From NCBI GenBank assembly GCA_949285785.1, contig CASEAG010000028.1, positions 165,161-229,160 on the forward strand: DNA of 64,000 nucleotides, given 5' to 3'. Source of the stretch: an uncultured Spirochaetales bacterium. Its GTDB lineage: Bacteria; Spirochaetota; Spirochaetia; Sphaerochaetales; Sphaerochaetaceae. The translations under genes and the position numbers were made by a program. Below the pieces are notes generated by a model. It was not told the DNA's origin. It did no database searches and saw nothing but the letters and a program-made list of their open reading frames with translations. Below, in pieces: positions 9,235 through 17,890 of the stretch. The number at the start of each line of letters is the position of its first letter. The first letter of the stretch is position 1.

Positions 9235-10196
9235 AGAAGCTGATAACCGCGCTTGTAGTCATCGCCGTTCTGGTCGTCGTCTTCCTGCTGCTCGGTCCGT
9301 TCTACATCCTTCCAGAAGGCGAGCAGGCCGTCGTCACCCGTTTCGGAAAGATAGTCGACGTGCAGACCAGTGCGGGGCTGAAGTTCAAGATGCCTGTCGT
9401 GGACAATGTCGTGAAGTACTCGTCCAAGTTGCTCAGCTGGGACGGTGATGCACAGAGGATCCCGACGAACGAGAACCAGTTCATCTGGGTCGATGCGACG
9501 GCGCGCTGGTACATAAGCGACCCCGCCCTCTTCTACGAGACGGTCGGCTCGATCGAGTCCGGCCTCGGCAGACTCAACGACATAATCGACTCGACGATCA
9601 GGACTGTGATCTCCGAGAACGACCTCAACGAGGCGGTGCGCTCCACGAACAGGATCAACCAGATCAACATCGTCGAGGGCTTCCAGGACGTGGACAGCGA
9701 AGAGGATGCCGAGACGCTGAAGAACCTGACAAGCACTGTCACCTCGCAGCAGACGATCGAGACCGGACGGGAGGGACTTAGCAACATGATCCTCGCCGAC
9801 GCCTCGCGCTACACCGACACCTACGGCATAGCCCTCGAGGATGTGATCATCCGCCAGATCCGCTATTCAGACGACCTGACTCAGTCCGTCTACGAGAGGA
9901 TGATCAAGGAGCGCAACCAGATCGCGGAGACATACCGCTCCTATGGACGCGGCCAGCTTGCAGAGTGGCAGGGACAGACCGAGAAGGACAGGGACACCAT
10001 CCTCAGCCAGGCGGAGGCCCAGGCCGCCAGGATCAGGGGCGAGGCCGATGCGCAGGCTGCAGAGATCTATGCCGATAGCTACGGCTCTGATCCCGAATTC
10101 TTCGAGTTCTACACCACACTCGAGTCATATCGCCAGACGGTACCGGCAATGACCAAGGTCCTGTCGACCGAGGGCGAATACTTCAGCTACCTGTGA
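9231..10196 (+). CDS. hflC: FtsH protease modulator HflC (SPFH)
   Basis: Motifs AVVTRFGK, VYERMIKERNQIA and DPEFFEFY. Coupled to hflK. Confidence 0.9.
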   Translation: MKKLITALVVIAVLVVVFLLLGPFYILPEGEQAVVTRFGKIVDVQTSAGLKFKMPVVDNVVKYSSKLLSWDGDAQRIPTNENQFIWVDATARWYISDPALFYETVGSIESGLGRLNDIIDSTIRTVISENDLNEAVRSTNRINQINIVEGFQDVDSEEDAETLKNLTSTVTSQQTIETGREGLSNMILADASRYTDTYGIALEDVIIRQIRYSDDLTQSVYERMIKERNQIAETYRSYGRGQLAEWQGQTEKDRDTILSQAEAQAARIRGEADAQAAEIYADSYGSDPEFFEFYTTLESYRQTVPAMTKVLSTEGEYFSYL

Positions 10197-10795
10197 AGAC
10201 CGACTGGTCACGCAGGGCGAATCTCGTGATCCCCACACCCGACCTGAGCCATGGCACAGTGCTCCACCAGGGTGGCGGGGATCTTGTGTATCTGCTGCAC
10301 GGCCATCTGTATTACGCATCAGATCGCGAAGATGTCGACATCTCTCCTTATCTGGACAGGGATGACATCGAAACCCTGCTCTACCCTTCGACGAAGGATG
10401 TGTCGCGCTGGCTGATGTACAAGGGCGGACCGGCCCATCCTGCGCAACGTCTTCCATCGTGCGCCCTGATGGCGGATTTCTACGAACGCTTCTCCCCATG
10501 GCCGGTGGATGTCGCCTACCTGGAGCACCTGAGGTCCTGCGGCGAGAACGTCTACACATCATACGAAGGGGACGAGCTCGCGAGCCTTGCATACAGCACG
10601 AAGGGGGCAAGGCAGCTGGTGTCGCTCTTCACCAGGGAGGACATGAGAGGCCGGGGACACGCCTCGGCGCTGCTTTCCCAGGCGGGTGATGTGCACATCT
10701 TCGTGGATGACCCGCGTCTGGTTCCGTTCTATAATGGGAGAGGATTCGAGGTCGTGAAGACCTATTGTCTTGTGGACAGGAGGAGACATAGATGA
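10193..10795 (+). CDS. Protein with C-terminal GNAT acetyltransferase domain
   Basis: Acetyl-CoA-binding motif FTREDMRGRGHASALL and FYNGRGF. Confidence 0.6.
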   Translation: MKTDWSRRANLVIPTPDLSHGTVLHQGGGDLVYLLHGHLYYASDREDVDISPYLDRDDIETLLYPSTKDVSRWLMYKGGPAHPAQRLPSCALMADFYERFSPWPVDVAYLEHLRSCGENVYTSYEGDELASLAYSTKGARQLVSLFTREDMRGRGHASALLSQAGDVHIFVDDPRLVPFYNGRGFEVVKTYCLVDRRRHR

Positions 10796-11562
10796 AGATA
10801 GTCGCATTCGTACCATCCGACAGGGACGAGATATGTTTCGGCCTTCTCGAAGGTGAGCGGATCGAGATGATAGACGATCCGTTCGCGACGGGAGAGGTCA
10901 CCAGGACAGGAGAGTGCGTGAAGAGACAGGACGTCGTCCTGGTCAACCCGTGCTTCCCATCCAAGGCGCTTTGCATCGGCCTGAACTACAGCGACCATGC
11001 AAAGGAGTTCGGTCTACCAGTCCCCGAGAGCCCGGTGGTCTTCATGAAGCCCTCCTCCGCCCTCATAGGTCCCAACGACTACATCATCAAGCCGGCGATG
11101 TGCCGCGACCTTGACGAGGAGGCGGAGCTTGCCGTCGTCATCGGAAGGGAATGCCGCTGCGTCGAGGAGGACGAGGTGGACCGGTACATTCTGGGCTACT
11201 GCTGTGCGAACGACGTGACTGCACGCGACCTGCAGCCGAAGACCGGACAGTGGACGATCGCGAAGGGGTTCGACACGTTCCTTCCTCTGGGACCATACAT
11301 CAGCGACGAGGTCGATGCCGGGAATCTGAAGATCGAGTGCAGGATAAACGGGAAGACGGTCCAGAGCTCGAACACGGGCAATCTGATCTTCTCCATCCCC
11401 TACCTCGTCAGCCATCTGTCAAAGGTCATGACGCTCAACCCCGGCGACGTGATCCTGACAGGTACGCCATCAGGCACGAGCCACATGAAGGCTGGAGATG
11501 TTGTCGAAGTCGAGATCGAAGGGCTTGGAGTGCTTTGCAACACGGTGGACGCAGAGGACTAG
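10792..11562 (+). CDS. Fumarylacetoacetate hydrolase family protein
   Basis: Motifs CIGLNYSDH, EAELAVVIG, NDVTARD, KGFDTF and LTGTPSG. Confidence 0.9.
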   Translation: MKIVAFVPSDRDEICFGLLEGERIEMIDDPFATGEVTRTGECVKRQDVVLVNPCFPSKALCIGLNYSDHAKEFGLPVPESPVVFMKPSSALIGPNDYIIKPAMCRDLDEEAELAVVIGRECRCVEEDEVDRYILGYCCANDVTARDLQPKTGQWTIAKGFDTFLPLGPYISDEVDAGNLKIECRINGKTVQSSNTGNLIFSIPYLVSHLSKVMTLNPGDVILTGTPSGTSHMKAGDVVEVEIEGLGVLCNTVDAED

Positions 11563-12929
11563 GCCCTCTTCGTCTCCCTCTTCTCGAGGCCGTGGATCCA
11601 ATCGGCCTTCGCCATGTAGATGATGAAGGCGATCGAGCTTATGGACCAGGTCAGCGGATAGGCCGAATAGACGATCTCGATGTGATGGTGGAAGCTCAGC
11701 ACCACCGTCAGATAGGTGACGCGCAGGACACACCAGGATCCGAACATGATCAGCATCGGGATCGATGCCTTGCCGGCACCTCTCAGGATTCCGGCCATGC
11801 AGTGCGAGAGCGCCAGGAAACAGTAGAAGAAGGCCTCGATGTGAGCCTGCCTCACACCATAGGCCACGACATCGGGATCGCTGTTGAACGCGGCGACGAA
11901 GAACGGCGAGAAGATGAACACGACCAGGCCGATGAGCTCCGCGAGTGTTATCGAGCAGAAGATGCCGAAGATGGCGCCCTTCTTCGCCCTGTCGTACCTT
12001 CTGGCCCCGAGGTTCTGCCCTATGCATGTGGTCAAGGCCAAGGAGAAGCAGGTCACAGGCAGGAAGGCGAAGCCCTCTATCTTGCTATATGCGCCAGAGC
12101 CGGCGACGGCGGCTGATGCGAACGAGTTGATGTTGGTCTGGACCACGATGTTCGCAAAACCGATGACGGAGTTCTGCACTCCGGAAGGCAGACCGAAGCG
12201 GAGTATCTCCTTGAGCGTGGGCCCATGGAAGCGGATCTTGCGGATCTCGACCTTGTAAAGGCCCGGCTGGCCCTTGAACAGTCTCTTCAGTGAAAGGACG
12301 ACGGACACCGCCTGGCTTATTATCGTGGCAAGTGCGGCAGAGCCCACCCCGCCCCCGAATCCGGCGACGAACAGCAGATCCAGCACGACGTTCACCACCG
12401 ACGAGATCATCAGATAATACAGCGGATGACGGCTGTCACCAAGTGCGTTCATGATGCCCATGCAGGTGTTGTACATCAGCGAGAACAGGATACCCATGCA
12501 GTAGACGCGGAAATACTCCACGCTGTTGGGCATTATGTCCTCGGGCGTCTGCATCCACTCGAGTATGATCGGGGTGAAGAGACTGCCGAGAACCGTCATC
12601 ACGACACCGGCCACCAGCGAGAACGCGATGTCGGTGTGTATCGCCCTGTCCAGCCCTATCCTGTCCCGTGCGCCGAAGTTGCGTGATATGACGACACCGG
12701 CGCCTATGGCCATGCCGTTGAAGAAGCCGACCATCATGTTTATCAGCGGAGATGAAGAGGAGACGGCGGCAAGGGCCTCGGCTCCGATATAGTTGCCGAC
12801 GATGAGGGAGTCCGCCGCGTTGTATAGCTGCTGGAAAAGATTTCCAAGGAACAGAGGAAAGGCGAATGCGATGAGATTCCGCTGAATCGAACCCTGTGTG
12901 AAATCTATCGCACGAGCCACTGCACACAC
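11559..12929 (-). CDS. MATE family efflux transporter
   Basis: Motifs FQQLYNAADSLIVG, GDSRHPL, NVVLDLLF and GQNLGA, with about 12 TM segments. Confidence 0.9.
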   Translation of the reverse strand: MCAVARAIDFTQGSIQRNLIAFAFPLFLGNLFQQLYNAADSLIVGNYIGAEALAAVSSSSPLINMMVGFFNGMAIGAGVVISRNFGARDRIGLDRAIHTDIAFSLVAGVVMTVLGSLFTPIILEWMQTPEDIMPNSVEYFRVYCMGILFSLMYNTCMGIMNALGDSRHPLYYLMISSVVNVVLDLLFVAGFGGGVGSAALATIISQAVSVVLSLKRLFKGQPGLYKVEIRKIRFHGPTLKEILRFGLPSGVQNSVIGFANIVVQTNINSFASAAVAGSGAYSKIEGFAFLPVTCFSLALTTCIGQNLGARRYDRAKKGAIFGIFCSITLAELIGLVVFIFSPFFVAAFNSDPDVVAYGVRQAHIEAFFYCFLALSHCMAGILRGAGKASIPMLIMFGSWCVLRVTYLTVVLSFHHHIEIVYSAYPLTWSISSIAFIIYMAKADWIHGLEKRETKRA

Positions 12930-13002
12930 CTCCCTATGGAAGATGGTTTAGCATACCATCAGAGGAAAATGCAATCGTCATCCCAGAGTGTGGAAACTGG
13001 TG

Positions 13003-13896
13003 CTATTTCATGGAGTCGGCCCTGGTCGCATTCCTCTTCACCTCTTCGTGGAAGAAGTAGTTGACCACGATCGGCGGGCTGTCGAAAGGACGGCTCATGG
13101 AATCGTCGTTTCTCACGTATTCCAGGCCCACCTGCCTGCAGTATGCCTTCATCTCCTGATCAAGGGAGAACCAGTAGTCCCGTCTGCCATGGCGGTAGAT
13201 GTCATCATACAGCGCAGAAAGCGCCGGATGACGAGTCCGGATGTATTCGAGTATTACGGGCTTGTAGTCACCCCGCAGGTTCAGGTTTTCCAGCCATATC
13301 AGATTGCACTTGTCCCTGCATCTGTCGATTATTGCTTTGCAGTCGGTGATGAGCGGGAAGATCGGAGATATGAAGCAGGTGGTCCGTATCCCCTCCTCAT
13401 GAAGACGCCGCATCGCCTCGATCCTGCACTCGATCGGCCTTGCATCGTCCATGTCGGACCGGAAATCCTCGTCAAGCGTGTTGATGGAGAACGACACTCT
13501 GGCATCAGGAAACGTGCGTATCAGGTCGATGTCCCTCAGCACCAGGTCCGATTTGGTCGCGATGCTTATCCGGCAACCGCTGCCCTGCAGCTGTTCCAGC
13601 AGGGCACGGGTCCGGCAGAAGACCTCCTCGGCCGGCTGATACGGATCAGTGACGGATCCGATGAAGAGTTCGGCTCCGGTGTACCGCTCCTTTTGTCGGA
13701 TCTCGGGCCAGAGCTTGACGTCGACGAAACCGCCCCATGGCTCCGGATGGTTCGTGAAGCGCTTCATGAAGGAGGCATAGCAGTACCTGCAGGCATGTGC
13801 GCAACCCGTGTACGGATTGACGGAATAGTCTGCGACAGGCAGATTGGACTTCGTCAGGATGCTCTTGACTCCGATCTCTCTCAAGACAGGCTCCAT
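13003..13896 (-). CDS. Radical SAM protein, SplB-like; resembles 'radical SAM mobile pair protein B'
   Basis: CxxxCxxC in NPYTGCAHACRYCYA, plus FMKRFTNHPEPWG, GSVTDPYQP and WLENLNLRG. The track's longer N-terminus runs into the tRNA-Leu gene, so the start was moved to 13896. Confidence 0.8.
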   Translation of the reverse strand: MEPVLREIGVKSILTKSNLPVADYSVNPYTGCAHACRYCYASFMKRFTNHPEPWGGFVDVKLWPEIRQKERYTGAELFIGSVTDPYQPAEEVFCRTRALLEQLQGSGCRISIATKSDLVLRDIDLIRTFPDARVSFSINTLDEDFRSDMDDARPIECRIEAMRRLHEEGIRTTCFISPIFPLITDCKAIIDRCRDKCNLIWLENLNLRGDYKPVILEYIRTRHPALSALYDDIYRHGRRDYWFSLDQEMKAYCRQVGLEYVRNDDSMSRPFDSPPIVVNYFFHEEVKRNATRADSMK

Positions 13897-13989
13897 GTAT
13901 CCACCATCCAACATAAGATCATCTACAACATCGTATGAAGATAGCCGAATGCTGTCCACAATCCATAGAAAGATGCGGACAGGTAGACG

Positions 13990-14027
13990 GAAAAACTGAA
14001 GGACCCATGGTCTCCCACAGGTCCTTC
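13990..14027 (-). terminator. Intrinsic terminator after tRNA-Leu
   Basis: 13-bp stem with GAGA tetraloop, then AGTTTTT on the minus strand. Confidence 0.8.
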
Positions 14028-14031
14028 TTCG

Positions 14032-14115
14032 TGCGGTCGACTGGACTTGAACCAGCATAGCCTTTCGACCACTAGCACCTCAAGCTAGCGTGTCTACCAA
14101 TTCCACCACGACCGC
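14032..14115 (-). tRNA. tRNA-Leu(GAG)
   Basis: GCGGTCG...CGACCGC-A acceptor stem, GTGGAATTGGTAGAC D arm, anticodon loop TTGAGGT, long variable arm, GGTTCAAGTCC T arm. CCA is not encoded. Confidence 0.95.
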
Positions 14116-14325
14116 AATTGGTAAATCCGTTGCTCGTTGCAACATGAGAGACATTACTCCAAGAATGCCGTGCAAGTCAATAAGTTGTGACAATTTTCTG
14201 CATAAAAATGGCCAATGATATGCAATTCGTTGTCTGGCAACGAAATGATCAGGATCAGCATCTGAGGAGTGGAAACAAGGAAGTCGAATCGTGATATCAT
14301 TCCGCAAAGAAGAGGTGAAAGCCGG

Positions 14326-14670
14326 ATGACAAGTGAAGAGATGTTCTTCTCATACAGGATGTTCAATCCCGATGTCCCTGATTATGGGCAATGCATATTC
14401 CCCTCCGGCATGGTCGAGCAGATGATACAGGAGGGCAATGGCAGAATCGCCGTTGGCCAGGACGTCTTCGAACTCTACAACGAGGAACCTCCTCTTGTCG
14501 GCGAAATCCAGGCATTGGAGGATGAAGGCGGAAGATGCCTGTGCCTCATCCGCATCGATGACATCTCGATAACTCCTGGGAAGCACATCGCTTCTGATGT
14601 TCCATGCTTTCCTCAGAGGATTGATGAAAGGCTGTACTGTGTGATGGGATTCTCGGTCGTCTTCCGCTGA
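14326..14670 (+). CDS. Hypothetical protein (114 aa)
   Basis: ATG with GAGGTG upstream. No family recognised. Lies between two divergent tRNAs. Confidence 0.45.
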   Translation: MTSEEMFFSYRMFNPDVPDYGQCIFPSGMVEQMIQEGNGRIAVGQDVFELYNEEPPLVGEIQALEDEGGRCLCLIRIDDISITPGKHIASDVPCFPQRIDERLYCVMGFSVVFR

Positions 14671-14793
14671 AGAAAACTTGAGACAAACCGATTCCATCTG
14701 CTGTATTCTAGATTGCCGACTTCATGTATAGAACAATTAATCTTTATGACAAAACAACTTATGTTGAATCGGCTAAATCAGGATGTTCTCTTA

Positions 14794-14823
14794 TTGACAC
14801 ATGGAGAGGCTTTTTGCTAGTAT
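14794..14823 (+). promoter_or_regulatory. Sigma70-like promoter of tRNA-Met
   Basis: TTGACA-N18-TAGTAT with a TG extension, about 30 nt before the tRNA. Confidence 0.55.
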
Positions 14824-14853
14824 CAGACTGTTGTCGCAAGGTCGGCAACGGAT

Positions 14854-14926
14854 GGCGAGATAGCTCAGTCGGTAGAGCAAGCGGCTCATATCCGCTCGGT
14901 CGGGGGTCCGAGTCCCTCTCTCGCTA
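14854..14926 (+). tRNA. tRNA with CAT anticodon, most likely elongator tRNA-Met
   Basis: GGCGAGA/TCTCGCT acceptor stem (1:72 paired, so not initiator), anticodon arm AGCGG-CTCATAT-CCGCT, T loop TCCGAGT. Ile2 is not fully excluded. Confidence 0.9.
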
Positions 14927-14933
14927 AGAACCG

Positions 14934-14966
14934 CAGGACACTCCGCAAGGGGTGTCTTCTGTTTTT
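14934..14966 (+). terminator. Intrinsic terminator after tRNA-Met
   Basis: AGGACACTCC-GCAA-GGGGTGTCTT stem followed by CTGTTTTT. Confidence 0.8.
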
Positions 14967-15033
14967 CCGACTACTTGTCTATATCTGGCTCATGCACAAT
15001 TCTATCAAACTGGAAAATGCCCTTCCAAGACAA

Positions 15034-15060
15034 GAATCCTCCCTTTGACCAGGAGGATTC
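15034..15060 (-). terminator. Putative terminator after asnA
   Basis: GAATCCTCC/GGAGGATTC stem, followed by TTGTCTT on the minus strand. Confidence 0.5.
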
Positions 15061-15087
15061 CACTACATCATATCAGCCGTATCCGGA

Positions 15088-16119
15088 CTACAGCAGGTTG
15101 AAACCCAGCTGATGTGCCTCCTGCCTGGCCTCCTCCTGCCAGACGGAAGCCTGGACCTCTCCGATGTGAGCCTTCTTGAGAAGGAACATGCAAAGCCTGC
15201 TCTGCCCTATTCCACCGCCGATGGTCTGCGGGAACTCTCCGGCAAGCAGTCTCCTGTGCCAGTAAAGTTCCTTCCTATTCTGACAGCCCTTGATCTCAAG
15301 CTGGTTCAGCAACGACTGTCTATCGACCCTTATTCCCATGGAGGACAGCTCCAGAGAGGTCTGTCTGACGGAATCCCAGACGATGATGTCGCCATTCAGA
15401 CCGACATGTCCGTCGCCTGTCTGTGTGGACCAGTCGTCGTAGTCGGGAGCCCGTCCGCTGTGTGGAGCACCATCCGCAAGGACGGCACCGATGCCGATGA
15501 CGAAGATGGCGCCATACTTCCTGGCGGCCTCCTTCTCCCTGTCGGCCGGATGCAGACCAGGATACATCTCCAGCAGGTCCTCGCTGTGGATGAACGTGAT
15601 ATCCTCCGGCAACGAGGGGACAAGAGACGTGTATGTCTCATGGATGAGGAACTCGGTCCTCTTCATGGCACTGTAGATCTCGCGGACGACCTTCTTCAGG
15701 TAATCGAGGTTCCTGTCTGCATCATCGATCACCTGCTCCCAGTCCCACTGGTCCACGTAGATGGAATGGATTGCATCGATATCGTCATCGGGGCGGATGG
15801 CGTTCATGTCGGTATACAGTCCGTAGCCCTTTGCGATTCCGTAATCGGCAAGGGCCATCCTCTTCCATTTGGCAAGGGACTGCACGATCTCCATCGACTT
15901 GTCGTCCATGTTGCCCACCTCGAAGCGCACAGGACGCTCGACTCCGTTGAGGTCGTCGTTGATTCCGCTTCCTGCAGGCACGAAGATCGGGCTGGTGACC
16001 CTGGACAGTCTCAGCGCTCCGCTGAGCTCCTTCTCGAAGAGGTCCTTGACAATCTTGATCGCCCTCTCTGTCTCGCGGGCATCTAGAATCGGCCTGTATC
16101 CATCCGGAAAAAATCTCAT
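15088..16119 (-). CDS. asnA: Aspartate--ammonia ligase (asparagine synthetase A)
   Basis: Motifs EIVQSLAKWKR, HSIYVDQWDWE, RAPDYDDW, ELSSMGIRV and TIGGGIGQSR. Confidence 0.95.
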   Translation of the reverse strand: MRFFPDGYRPILDARETERAIKIVKDLFEKELSGALRLSRVTSPIFVPAGSGINDDLNGVERPVRFEVGNMDDKSMEIVQSLAKWKRMALADYGIAKGYGLYTDMNAIRPDDDIDAIHSIYVDQWDWEQVIDDADRNLDYLKKVVREIYSAMKRTEFLIHETYTSLVPSLPEDITFIHSEDLLEMYPGLHPADREKEAARKYGAIFVIGIGAVLADGAPHSGRAPDYDDWSTQTGDGHVGLNGDIIVWDSVRQTSLELSSMGIRVDRQSLLNQLEIKGCQNRKELYWHRRLLAGEFPQTIGGGIGQSRLCMFLLKKAHIGEVQASVWQEEARQEAHQLGFNLL

Positions 16120-16223
16120 ACCGTCATCCCCCTGTTGCAACTATCAAGAAATACGTATACAGTTCGGCACTGTAACATCAAACGGGAAATTATTTAATAC
16201 ATAAGGAATAACGGAAAAGAAAA

Positions 16224-16670
16224 ATGAAAGGCACAGGTTTTTTCACTGAATTCAAGAAGTTCATCTCCCGCGGCAACGTCCTCGACATGGCAGTCGGTGT
16301 CGTCATCGGCGGCGCGTTCACTGCAATCGTCAACAGCCTTGTCAACGACCTCATCAGCCCGGTCATCGGACTTGTCACCGGAGGCGTCGACTTCGAGGCC
16401 ATGAAGATCACTCTCGTCGCAGCCACTGCAACGAGCGAGGCCGTCACGCTCAACATCGGCAACTTCATCAACGCCATCATCCAGTTCCTGCTGGTCGCCC
16501 TGGTGCTCTTCTGCATCGTCAAGGCGTTCAACAAGATGAACGAGGCGAAGGCGAAGAAGGAGGCCGAGGAGAAGGCCGCAGCCGCCGCTGCTGCAGCCGC
16601 GGTTCCACCTGCCAAGCCTGCCGACATCGCCCTTCTCGAGGAGATCAGGGATCTTCTGAAGAAGAACTGA
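16224..16670 (+). CDS. mscL: Large-conductance mechanosensitive channel
   Basis: Motifs EFKKFISRGNVLDMAVGVVIGGAF and LLEEIRDLL. Confidence 0.95.
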   Translation: MKGTGFFTEFKKFISRGNVLDMAVGVVIGGAFTAIVNSLVNDLISPVIGLVTGGVDFEAMKITLVAATATSEAVTLNIGNFINAIIQFLLVALVLFCIVKAFNKMNEAKAKKEAEEKAAAAAAAAAVPPAKPADIALLEEIRDLLKKN

Positions 16671-16692
16671 GAAAGGTTTCGACAAACAACGC

Positions 16693-16720
16693 AAGGCGGT
16701 CTCCGGACCGCCTTTCATTT
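16693..16720 (+). terminator. Intrinsic terminator after mscL
   Basis: AAGGCGGTC-TCCG-GACCGCCTT followed by TCATTTT. Confidence 0.75.
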
Positions 16721-16885
16721 TGCCTTGCGAATTTCGAAAAGTTCGTTTTTATTTCTGACATCTCCTTCTGGAAAAAGGATTTGTGAAAAGAGTGTTAAGA
16801 TTTTCATGCCCTATTGACTATTCTCTGCTTTATCAGTATCTATATGGGCGACAAAAGGAGAGAATCTTTTGATAGGAGGCTTTCG

Positions 16886-17296
16886 ATGAAAGCATCAGAT
16901 GTCAGCTTGATTCTCACGACCACAGAAGGCCACTTCACACAGCTTGACGTACCTCAGCTGTATGTGGAGATCCAGAGCCACAGGGCTTCTCTCGAGAGGA
17001 GCATGTCCCGCCAGATCTCGTTCGAGGACGCGCTCTACTCATGGATGGAGAACATCTACCACCCGATCATGAACCAGGTGATGGAGAGCACGAAGGTGCG
17101 CATCGCATCCAGCGGCAAGAGGCTGTCAGAGGTCTACTTCGAGATCTACGATCTTGCACAGGAGAACGACTTCAGGGACATCCCTGCGGCAGTTCAGCGC
17201 TATGTGGATGAGAACGCAAAGAGCATCTTCGATTTCATGCTCGCGATGTTCCACCTGAAAAAGGCGAGCGAGCAGAAGCAGAAGGAAGCGATCTGA
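16886..17296 (+). CDS. Hypothetical protein, DUF4032-like
   Basis: AGGAGG RBS. The EIQSHR...ISFEDALYSWMENIYHPI segment resembles the DUF4032 'A..SW..NVY.P' region (recall only). Confidence 0.5.
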   Translation: MKASDVSLILTTTEGHFTQLDVPQLYVEIQSHRASLERSMSRQISFEDALYSWMENIYHPIMNQVMESTKVRIASSGKRLSEVYFEIYDLAQENDFRDIPAAVQRYVDENAKSIFDFMLAMFHLKKASEQKQKEAI

Positions 17297-17302
17297 ATCG
17301 GA

Positions 17303-17332
17303 TGAAGGGGAAGCCGCAGAGCCTCCCCTTCA
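17303..17332. terminator. Hairpin between convergent genes
   Basis: TGAAGGGGA/TCCCCTTCA arms. Confidence 0.55.
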
Positions 17333-17338
17333 CTGTTT

Positions 17339-17890
17339 CTAGCGGTTCCACCAGATACCCTTCTCAAGTCTCTCCCTGGCCTGATCACCCAAAAGCCGCT
17401 GTACAAGCACAAGGCCGAGCGGCCAGGCGTAGGCCACCGACTTGGCCGTGATGATGTTTCCATCCTCAACGACGCCTTCGGATGAGAAGCTTGCCGACGG
17501 AGCATACTCCTCGCAGCCGGGGAAGCATGTGGCCTTGCGACCCTCGAGCAGCCCAAGCGGACCGAGCACGACGGCAGGAGCGGCGCAGATTGCCGCCACA
17601 AGCCTGTCCTGTACATGTCTGACGATCATCTCGTTGACAGGCCAGCATTGTGCAAGGTTCGAACTTCCCGGCATGCCACCAGGTGCGAAGACGAGATCGA
17701 CCATCTCGTCCTTGACGTCCTCGACCAGGGCGTCGCAGACGATCCTTACATCGTGGCTTGATACGACCTCGAGCGAGCCGCCCACGGCGGCCTTGACCAC
17801 TTCCACTCCTGCCCTGACCAGGGCATCGCATACGGTGAGGGCTTCGACCTCCTCGAAACCGTCGGCGAAAAAGACCACAGCCTTCTTCAT
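17339..17890 (-). CDS. DJ-1/PfpI (YajL/ThiJ) family protein
   Basis: Motifs DGFEEVEA, PGGMPGSSNL, AAICAAP and ATCFPG. Confidence 0.9.
   Translation of the reverse strand: MKKAVVFFADGFEEVEALTVCDALVRAGVEVVKAAVGGSLEVVSSHDVRIVCDALVEDVKDEMVDLVFAPGGMPGSSNLAQCWPVNEMIVRHVQDRLVAAICAAPAVVLGPLGLLEGRKATCFPGCEEYAPSASFSSEGVVEDGNIITAKSVAYAWPLGLVLVQRLLGDQARERLEKGIWWNR

Noticed and set aside
12930-14115. Integrated element at tRNA-Leu with att repeats
   Set aside because: No integrase and no duplicated tRNA 3' end were found, so it is not called as a mobile element.
13897-14307. N-terminal extension of the radical SAM ORF and the 75-aa ORF at 14080-14307
   Set aside because: They are translations of the tRNA-Leu gene and its terminator.
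14724-14927. 67-aa ORF
   Set aside because: It overlaps the tRNA-Met gene and its promoter.
16575-16601. GCN repeat in mscL
   Set aside because: It encodes an Ala9 linker and is not a DNA repeat element.
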